Positions 54,655 to 64,000 of a stretch of DNA of 64,000 bases are shown piece after piece. Every line of letters starts with the position of its first letter. The stretch's first letter is position 1. The notes below the pieces were generated by a model, which was not told the DNA's origin, searched no databases, and saw nothing but the letters and a program-made list of their open reading frames with translations. The DNA is from Octopus vulgaris. Taxonomy: Eukaryota. Location of the stretch: positions 143,344,001 to 143,408,000 of the forward strand of contig OX597818.1 in assembly GCA_951406725.2 (NCBI GenBank). Reading direction: 5' to 3'. Both the position numbers and the translations under genes were made by a program.

Positions 54655-55060
54655 ATTCTTTTACTTGTCTCGGTCATCTGATCGCGGCCATGCTGGAACA
54701 CCGCCTTAAAAGGGTTCTTAGTCGAAGAACTCGACTCTGCACGACTTGTTCTTTGTAAGCCTAGTACTTATTCTATTGGTCTCTTTTGCCGAACTGCTAG
54801 GTTATGGAGACGTAAACACACCAACACCAGTTGTTAAGCGATGGTGGCGGGGCCAAACACAGACACAAAGACGCACCCCCCACACACACATACACACACA
54901 TATATTTATATATACGATGGGCTTCTTTCAGTTTCCGTCCACCAAATCCACCCACAAGTCTTTGGCCTGCTCGAGACTATAGTACAAGACACTTGCCCAC
55001 GGTGACACACAGTGGGACTTAATGCGGAGCCCTGTGGTTGGGAAGTTACCACATAACCAC
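54655..55060 (-). mobile_element. Bipartite tRNA-SINE, inverted relative to 53975-54365
   Basis: Reverse complement of the family sequence. Confidence 0.82.
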
Positions 55061-56589
55061 ATCTTCGCCTATAATACGATATTCTACTCTTGTATTGAGT
55101 AATATTACTAAGTTGCTTATTTGTACGAATACTAAGTATAAATACATAAGTCATTAATATACCCTTTCTGTTACAGGAGCAAGGCCGGAAATTTTGGGGG
55201 AAAGGGCCGTTCCATGACATCTAAGGGATTTTCGATTTCCTTTCGGTGTAATGGAACAGCCCCTTCCTCGCAAAATTACATCGAATCCAGTGTTCAACTG
55301 GTACTTATTTTATCAACCCCGAAAGAATGGCAGGGTAAGTCAACCTCAGCGGACGAAATGCCGCTAAGCATTTGTGCTCGGCGTGCCAACGAATCTGCCA
55401 GTTCACCACCTTAATACAGCTTATTAGTATATCTTACTTAATTGGTACATATATTCTCGACTCGGGAAAGATGAACGGCAAAATTGACCCCGGTGCTGTT
55501 TTAATTCAAAGGCTAAACAATTGTAATTGAAAGTTATTTTGTCCGACGCTCTGTGCGTTCTACCAATGCATCGCCCCGGATAGCTGTGAAATAATGTCTA
55601 ACATAAACGAAAGAGCATGTGTTTGGTGCTGGGTAAAGTTTCCTCTTTAATATCGACATCATTACTCCTATGTTACTCAAACAAAAAGTTTTCCGTGTTG
55701 GAATTTGAACTTACAATATAAATACAAACTTGCTCGACACTCTACTGCATCTACCAATCAACCTTCTCTGCATAATGCCAATAACTCAATGATAATTGGA
55801 ATAAAATATCCTATTCTCCCACCAGAGAAAAAAACAACCTCACAAAATTCCTCGCAATGTTTGACATAAAAGGAGCAGCACCCCGAGTCTCCCGGTTTTA
55901 GGGTGGTATTTCTCCCTCGTCTGTCTGTAATTTAAGCAAGTAATTATTAATTCTAACATCTGTCTATAATTAAGATCCAATAAATATCTTAACGCTATCT
56001 TAATAATAAGGCGCTGGTTCGATTCACCTAGTCTTCTTTTCTTTCTCATCAACTGAATGTAGAGGTTTACCTAACAGAGAAACGACCGCCCCCGACTTTC
56101 TCTTGCTGTCTCTCACATCTATTTTTGTCTTTTGTGTTCTAAGATGCCCCAGCTTTCAAAGATTACTCCGTCTGTGTTTTTTACTGTAACGATGAGTAGT
56201 ACTGGTGTGTGTCAGTGTACTTTCAAGATACACTTAAGTACTCAAGCTAGTTGCCTTTCCTACGTGACCCGAGGGCGTAGGCTAAGTAAGCTACTCGAAC
56301 GAATAGATTTGAAGAGGATACCTTTCCTCTTTTATATATATTTTTATTTATTTATACATTTGATTATTCATTCAGTCATTTATTTATCTGATATTTTATT
56401 TAGTCATTCACATATTTTTAACGGCTGTGAACTTGACGAAATCATTGAAGTCGGATAAAGTATTTTAAAGTATTTTCCCGTCATTGTTCTGGTTTTCAGT
56501 CTCATCTCTGCTGAGCCTTCTCTCGCCAAACGAAACGCTCATTCTGAGTATTGTACATGATTGGTATGAATAGTAGAGTGAAGGTTCAC

Positions 56590-56857
56590 ATACTTACATA
56601 TTCAGATTTCTACCGAAATACATTATTTATGTGTTTCTATTAACCTAGAAAATAATCAAGAATTGCGTCAAATTTAGTTCAAAAGATAATTTTTTATATT
56701 CATTTTCGTATGAAGCTGGTGTATATAACTTGACAGAAGTTTCTTATACGAAATTAGCATTGAAAGTTTTGATTTAATCATTTAAACAGGTATTTTTAAA
56801 ATCATTTTTAAAGTACTAGAAACTGGTTTAGGCGAGTTGGTATCAGAAGAATTAAAC
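56590..56857. mobile_element. Highly decayed MITE-like repeat
   Basis: Ends ggcgagttggtatcagaagaattaa, resembling a piggyBac-type ...agggTTAA terminus. Recalled similarity only. Confidence 0.3.
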
Positions 56858-57023
56858 ATTTATTGAGAAGAAACTAGTTTATGACAACAATAAAGAAATA
56901 ATTTATGTCAATAACCTCAGTTTTGTTTACTGAGGTAAAAGCTTTCAGTAAAAGCTTTCCCAACCCACAATATATATATATATATATATAAAGTATGGCA
57001 GTTTAGTTCACAGGTGAACATCT

Positions 57024-57208
57024 CAAGGCAAGCATCTCAGGTCATATACATTATTATTATTGGAAAAAATTCAAAGTGTTACAGCTATTTCTGGCATATC
57101 ATCCCAGAGTATGGGATTTTCCATCATCAGAGATTTCCCAGAAACAGCTGTATGACTTTGAATTTTTTCCAATAATAATAATGTATATGACTTGAGATTT
57201 TTGCCTTG
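57024..57208. mobile_element. Fold-back element between (TA)n tracts, with a hammerhead-like motif (57076-57135, minus)
   Basis: Arms 57024-57094 and 57138-57208. Motif CTGATGA-tgg..atccca/tgggat..cca-GAAA-tagctg-TA. Confidence 0.85.
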
Positions 57209-57231
57209 CCTTAACGTTTGCTGTCCTCTTT

Positions 57232-57283
<52 letters not shown>

Positions 57284-57667
57284 AGACATGGCCTGGACCA
57301 ATCTTTGGTCGAAACATATCTAAGTTTATCTATGTTTATATATTGCTGCTGAATGTTTGATGCAAACTTTCGTCAAAATGCTGAAATTACGCGGTAAGTT
57401 TATCTCTCATCTTTATCTCTCAAGGTTATCTCTCATCTTCTCAGGATCGTTGTGCCTAAATTATAAGCCATTGTTTATACCTATTTTTAAAAGGCCAAGT
57501 GTTAAGAGAAGAGCGGTATACGGAACTGGTGGGAGAGAGAGAAGTTGACTTTAGATTAGAAACCCAACTTGAATACTTGCGAGACTAAATGAACTCCAGT
57601 TGAGCTATCCAAGGACTAGGGTGGTGGTGCTTAAACCGGGTGTCACATTAAGTCTACCACCAAAAGT

Positions 57668-57716
<49 letters not shown>

Positions 57717-58429
57717 AGTTATAGTAGCAGCTGCAGATTGACAGTCGTTATAATGTCAGCCATAATACCTTACGAGAGGGTCGATGAATAAAGTATGAAT
57801 CCAGCGCTGTGGACAGGTGTAACTGTAAGAACGTCAGACCGGGTGTCTTTGCATTATTTGTTTCGTCTGCTCTTTACTATAGCTTATGTGAGTGGTAGAC
57901 TCAAAACATCGGACGGTTTAACACCACCATATGGCACATAGAGTGCCTTTTGCTGTGTCTACTCTGTTACAAAAACGGGTCTCCGGTTTAAGAATCTCTC
58001 CCCACCCTTGTCTAGCACGCCTTGTGTGGCTTCCACCTTTATCCAGGATAAAAGAGTAAAAGACACAATGAATAACGGATACGCATCATATAAAGGATAC
58101 AATACAATATTCATATTAGGAATCGAACTCTAGACCCAATCTGTAAAGTATCTCTGATGCATGCTGATGTATTTATAAACTAGGCAGTTAATCCACTCCA
58201 GTGACTGCAACTCTTCAAGAGACTTTCTTCTTAAAATTTATTAATATTAAAAAAAAAAGTAAAATATAAAACAAAATAAACGAAATGAAAATCAAACAAA
58301 ATGCAAAACAATTATGAAAAGTTCCTTTTTCTTTGATGTCAAATGCGAATAAACTTAAGTTTAAGTTGTGTGTTCTTTGTTTCGGTTCCAATAAAAGACT
58401 TCTTAGCGTCAACTAATGCTTTATATGTC

Positions 58430-58580
58430 GTATGAGGCGTCAGACACGCGCCATCTCGGTTGTGGCAACATGTACAACACTTTTCACCCGAGTCAGCGAA
58501 TACGTCATGAATCAGATTGTCTAGCCAACTTTTGACGTCACATCCGGTCGCACTTAACGCTTTTCGTCATGTCCGGTACT
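58430..58580. promoter_or_regulatory. CpG-rich motif cluster (YY1-, RFX- and CRE-like)
   Basis: CGCCATCT at 58449, GTTGTGGCAAC at 58459 and TGACGTCA at 58533, in apparently unique sequence. Confidence 0.3.
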
Positions 58581-58698
58581 TGTTTCTCATTTTTTTAAAA
58601 AAAGAAATTCTTAAAAGGAGGAAAAGACATTAGATATGCTAAATTAGAATCTGGAAGAGATAAACAACACATGATAGAGAGTGAGTGGAGAAAGTTAA

Positions 58699-58745
<47 letters not shown>

Positions 58746-59261
58746 ATGTGAGAAGGAGAAAAAGAGAGGGGGAGTGGGGAGTGAAGAAAGAACAGAGTGA
58801 AATTAGTGTTCTCGAAAGATTGACATTCATCACACCATATTTAGTTTTGCTGTGATTGCTATTGTTGCTTAACCTCAAGTCAGACCTATTCCTGCCGTGA
58901 CCATCAGGTCTTTGTTTAAGCTATAGTGTATCCAGAACTGCATTATTCTGGATGCATCATGTCCCTTTGTAAAAGTTAGGCTTTGATTAAAGAGTGATTT
59001 GACCGACATAGTTCGTGCAACATTTTAAAGCCTCCATCATTGGTTGACTCATTGCTCTCATGTTCTAACCATAACCGTCATTTATAATCTTTTGTTCTTT
59101 TTTTTTTTTGATACCTCAGCTACGTCCTTCAGGGAATATTACAGACAAGGCAAAAAATAACTTGGGTAAATGTCAAACAGTATACATGAATGTGCTTAAG
59201 TGTGTGTGTGTGTGTGTGTGTGTGATTGTGCGTGTGTGTTAAGAAGTTTGTTCCCAACGAA

Positions 59262-59319
<58 letters not shown>

Positions 59320-59399
59320 CAAAGAAATTCTAACTCTGTTTTTTATCTTTTATTTATATTCTTTATAATATTACTGTAGAACATAGAATATATATCATA

Positions 59400-59463
<64 letters not shown>

Positions 59464-59525
59464 AAATGAAATGAAGTATTGATTGTCTTATTGAATAGAT
59501 GAAATATTGAATATAAAATATTAAG

Positions 59526-59567
59526 GGACTAGTATACTTTCTTGCATTATAGCAGTCTTCAAGGTCC
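59526..59567 (-). ncRNA. Minimal hammerhead-like motif with variant core
   Basis: ggac-c-TTGAAGA-ctgc tataat gcaa-GAAA-gtatac-TA-gtcc. Stem III is palindromic AGTATACT. Confidence 0.5.
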
Positions 59568-59869
59568 TAGGTTGGGACAGGAGCGTTTCAACTGAAAAAC
59601 CCCTGTCACAACCTGAGACCTTAGTCTATTGACTAATTTTTTGTGTGCTAGGCCACTGGTAATAATAATTTCTATAATTCTTATTACCCTAATATTATCT
59701 ATTATGTTTAAATGTTTTTGATAAATTTGTTCGAAGTTTTACCGGCATCCTCTCTGTCGCCGGAAATAAACTGCATCTGCGCAGTAGATTTGAAAAGTTA
59801 GAATATACAGGCAACGAGTTTTCATGCGGAATCAATCTCGTTGTGTCTATATTTAAAATCTAAAGGCTA

Positions 59870-59936
59870 CCTACTGATGAAGGCTGGCCTCAGTAAATAT
59901 TGTTTTACTGAAATTAGTCAGAAACCATGGTCTAGG
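59870..59936 (+). ncRNA. Type I hammerhead ribozyme motif
   Basis: ccta-CTGATGA-a-ggctgg..tcagtaaa/tttactga..ttagtc-a-GAAA-ccatgg-TC-tagg. Palindromic stem III ACCATGGT and a GUC site. Confidence 0.72.
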
Positions 59937-60129
59937 AACTAAATTAGATGGTAAATGTTTTTCATTTCATTCCCTCCCAGAATTTATCCCTAATAAGTAG
60001 TTTGAGTTTTCTACTACTCTTTCTAGCACAAGGCTTTCCTATGATGGAAGCCTCTTAATGTGTTTTAATGTACACGATTTTTTTATGTGTGTGTATATAT
60101 ATATATTTATATGTATATATATATTTATA

Positions 60130-60225
<96 letters not shown>

Positions 60226-61369
60226 CATATCTATATAAAAACTCACGCATATTTGAGTGAGTATGTGGGGTGTTAGTGTACGAAATGCAATGATAATGGG
60301 TCAATACAAAGGGATTTCAATCAATAAAATAAATTTAATATATTTATTTTAAAGCTGAAATTGTCCAAGTTTCACTTTCGTATTGAATCGTTCATCGCAT
60401 GATCGGACATTTAATTTTACCAATGAGAACGGCTTCTGGATTGTGTGAATAACCGTCCGTGTGGATAAAGGCCGATGTATGGATAAAGACCACTAATCTC
60501 GTTGTAATGGACTCGTGCTTTGATTTTGACGTACTGGATAACCTATTCATTGGATTAGCGTATTAAGATGCGAAGTGGTTAACTATTTCACAGATACATT
60601 TATCTTTGACGTAGTTTTCACGTAGAATCAGTGTGAGCCAAATGTGACGTGGTTAGACCTTTGAATTACAGGACCAGCCCATCTGGTGAACTTCTGTACT
60701 GTTTCGGTCTACGCCCATTTCGGTCAACAATGCTGAGATTGACCCGAGGCTACGGCAAATATACTTAGCTAAGATCTTATTCAGTGGGGTTGAACTGAGG
60801 ACTAAGCAGTTGCGAAGTGAACTTTTTAATCACTCAGTTATGCTCTCGTATAATTTCGTTGCAAATCGTAACTAAAGATGGCGAATTAAGTTATTAAAGC
60901 ATCAGATTAGAATGCTTTACTACACTCATCCCTGAGCTCCAAGTTCAAAAGCCGCTGAGGCCAACATTTCTTTTCATCCTTTCCAGGTTGACAAATAATG
61001 TAGCAGACCAGTACTGGGATCGATTTTATTGCTATTTCTCTCTGAATGAGATCGACTTTCGCCAGGTTAAGATGCTGAAGATATAGCATATGTTATGATG
61101 ACCTCCGAATAACTCTGTCAGAAGTCGATGGCTCATGGCAAGGTCATAGCTATAGTTATTAAACAACACGTTTTAATAACAGCATTTTGAGATAATCTCA
61201 TTCTTGTTTATTTTTTGTTGTTTGCTAATGGTCGGGTGTTAGAAAGGAAGAAGCAGTAAAAAGCTAGATCAAATGTTACTAGGTATTTAGGTACGTCCCT
61301 TAACATCTATGTCCGGATCAGGTAAGTGCTGATTTTATGTTTCATTCAACTGATGAGGGTAAAATAAGT

Positions 61370-61800
61370 TTCTCTCTAATGGTGCATACTCGTCCCTTTT
61401 TACATTCTTTGGAAACTTCCTGTCAGCCTACACTATTTCATCTTTTGCCGAATGACCCCTTTCTGACCCACACTTTATTGATTCTTACGTGCCCAAAGGT
61501 TCGCTAGTGACTCCCATACACTCCACTCCCTCTATTCATTAATGGTCTGCTTGCTTGCTGTCAGTTCTATCATCACTCAATCCTAAGCAGAAAGTATTTT
61601 TTTCACTATTTCTTAACTTCCCATGCACAGGTATCATTCACATACGACTCAAACACAGTTAATCAAGCATTCACTGCACCCACAAAGATCTTGCGAGCAT
61701 CTTTCAATGGCCATATCTCAACTTCATGACTTTCAACATCACAAAGATTTACTATACATATTAAAGAAGCAGTCTTCATCCTCTGAATGACATAAATAAA
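61370..61800 (+). mobile_element. Ancient CR1/L2-group RT fragment
   Basis: VPKGSLV..LFINGLL and KDLASIFQW..NFMTFNITK. Confidence 0.5.
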
Positions 61801-63269
61801 TCCCCAAATCACTTCAACGTTATCCTCCTATCTTTTGTAACAACCGTCAGGATAGCTTTACTGTTGATATAAATTTGGAAAGAATGTTTGCACAATTCTC
61901 ACTCCGTAGCTCATCTAATCGCGTTGCATCATGGTTGTGTTGTTTATATTTTTAGGAGATTGGTGGTATGGTCTTTCATACAGCGATATAGCCCTTGTCA
62001 GTTTAGGGCAAACTTGCGATTGATAGCCTTGCATTCTAAAACATTGTTTTTTCTCATTTTTTTTTCTTTTTTGATAACGAAGTTTTTCACTTACTGCTCG
62101 CAATTCATGTTGAAGAGCAATTAGTTTTCAGGTAAGGGTCTTACGTAGGCAGTGCCCTAAGACCTTAGATAATCTATCATAAAGTCGCACCTGGTTATAA
62201 GTGGATAATAATTTACATACCACTAAATCATAACGTCTAACTGTCCAACATTTTCTATGTCTATCGATAATTGTGTAGAGGGAGGTAAGCTTTTTCTCTC
62301 TCTCTCTTGCTACGATTTATCCCTGTTTCTCCTATATTTTGGCGAATGGTAATCGCAGCTCATTATAACAGAATATTCATTGTCCAAAAGTTGGGATTTA
62401 TGATCTCTACTAAACGGCTTCTTAACTATTTGTTGTTCCATCGCGGATAACATCAGGTCGGTAGATTTCCTTCTGAATCGAGAGGGGGTAGTTCTCTCAT
62501 GTAATTGTTTATTACTGTAGTGTTTGAATTTTATTGCCACTGCTTTTAGTTCTTTATATTCTTCACTCATTACTACTGTTTGTTCATAATCTGTTACTGC
62601 TCGTTCATGTACGACAGCATGCTCCTCTCAATTTTATTATTATCGTGGTACATGTTCTTTACTGTCTTATCAGGAGAATAATTCACTATCCTTGTCTGAC
62701 TCTTAATTAATGTGCAGGATAGTAAAATTTTTTTTCAACAAATGTTGCTTGGCAACGTAGTTTTTTTGGCACTAAAGTCGGAGTAAGAGTGTTTTTAAAG
62801 AGTGTTTTTAAATCTCAGACACTCTTCATTCTTTTCAAATAACTAATCAAAAGATCTTCCCTAGGATTTTTATAGAATTGATACAAGTCTTGGCTCAATT
62901 CAAAGGTTAACACAAACTTCTCTCGATAGTTCTGTGACATGCGATAGCCGACTCTAGTCTCCAGTCAAACCATTGTGTATGTAGTAGTAGTCCTATGTAT
63001 TGAGTTTCAATTAATTTTCTGCTATGCTCTTCCGTAAAAAGATACTTCTTCACTTTAATTCGAAGATAATCAATTTTTATCAAGCACATATCAACCGCAA
63101 AAGATCTAGTATTTATTATAGAAAAATGAATGTCCCTATTAGGCCGACATGACTGACTTTGGTGCTATATGTCTGTCTGTCTGTATGTATGTGTGTAAGT
63201 AGGTGTGTGTGTATGAATGTATGTATGTGTGTGTGTATGTGTATGCACTCCCTTAGTGGGGATGATGGC

Positions 63270-63538
63270 CAAGTCAGTTATTAATATTCTAATTAAGGTG
63301 CTGATCTTAATTACTCATTGAGACCAATTAGTGGCGAAGGTCATTATTGAAATCGCGTTATATAATGGCATAAATCAATTTGCATGATAAAAATGAGCAA
63401 TCGATGGTAAATGAAAGTAGCTTATCCAATTTACAAATCGTTATTAATAATTCCTGTCAGTGATGTGACCTGGAAATCAATAAAAGCTCAGTCAAAATGA
63501 AATTAAAAGTAGGTCATTGGTTCAATACAATGATCTAT

Positions 63539-63540
<2 letters not shown>
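63270..63540. promoter_or_regulatory. Candidate developmental enhancer
   Basis: Clustered TAATTA/CAATTA, CATAAATCA (Hox/Pbx), ATTTGCAT (POU), CTGTCA (Meis) and AAAGTAGGTCA (ROR/HR3-type). Confidence 0.3.
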
Positions 63541-63581
<41 letters not shown>

Positions 63582-63662
63582 TGTTAGGTGTGATGTACAG
63601 ATATTGAATATTGAGAAAAAAGTCGTTAGAATTTTGGAAAAAATCCTTTTATTTCTTCATTA

Positions 63663-63702
63663 TTACTAGCGCTTTCGTCCCTTTCTAGAACTTATCAAAT
63701 AA
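63663..63702 (-). ncRNA. Decayed minimal hammerhead-like motif
   Basis: ttat-TTGATAA-gttct..gggac-GAAA-gcgc-TA-gtaa. Palindromic stem III AGCGCT; upstream of the terminal (TA)n at 63852-64000. Confidence 0.45.
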
Positions 63703-63848
63703 AATTTTGTGAATGTACAAACAGCTTGTTCATTTATATAAAAGAGATATTTTGTGGGGTTTTGTTTAGAAGAGAACATTGTTTTTGTTTTTGTGGGGGG
63801 AGGTTCCATGACAATGGAGATGAATAGATAGAAATATAGGTAGATAGG

Positions 63849-64000
<152 letters not shown>

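Noticed and set aside
62095-62190. Possible minus-strand exon (cag|...|gtaagt) with a small hairpin
   Set aside because: Stops in all frames and no supporting neighbouring exons.
62310-63110. Short minus-strand ORFs, possibly a decayed LINE
   Set aside because: No diagnostic motif recognised.

Overview
AT-rich, microsatellite-dense eukaryotic non-coding DNA. The SINE repertoire (tRNA-headed SINEs, Meta-domain SINEs) and repeat density suggest a coleoid cephalopod, probably Octopus (inference from recalled repeat families). I found no intact host protein-coding exon. All recognisable peptides are decayed transposon fragments: Tx1/L1, CR1/L2-group, HERO-like, many R4/Dong-like RLE LINEs nested in (AAT)n, an RTE with three C-terminal zinc fingers, a Penelope GIY-YIG fragment, mariner and a Helitron PIF1 helicase. 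Most long ORFs in the track are microsatellite artefacts. The main unexplained signal is RNA structure. About a dozen minimal type I hammerhead-ribozyme-like motifs (CUGANGA...GAAA-palindrome-UH) sit mostly in short, ORF-less, (TA)n-flanked, often fold-back elements that look Penelope-derived. Separately, an HDV-like double-pseudoknot fold with an unusual L3 insertion starts exactly at the 5' end of an R4/Dong-like LINE. All structures were parsed by eye, none is tested, and element boundaries are approximate.
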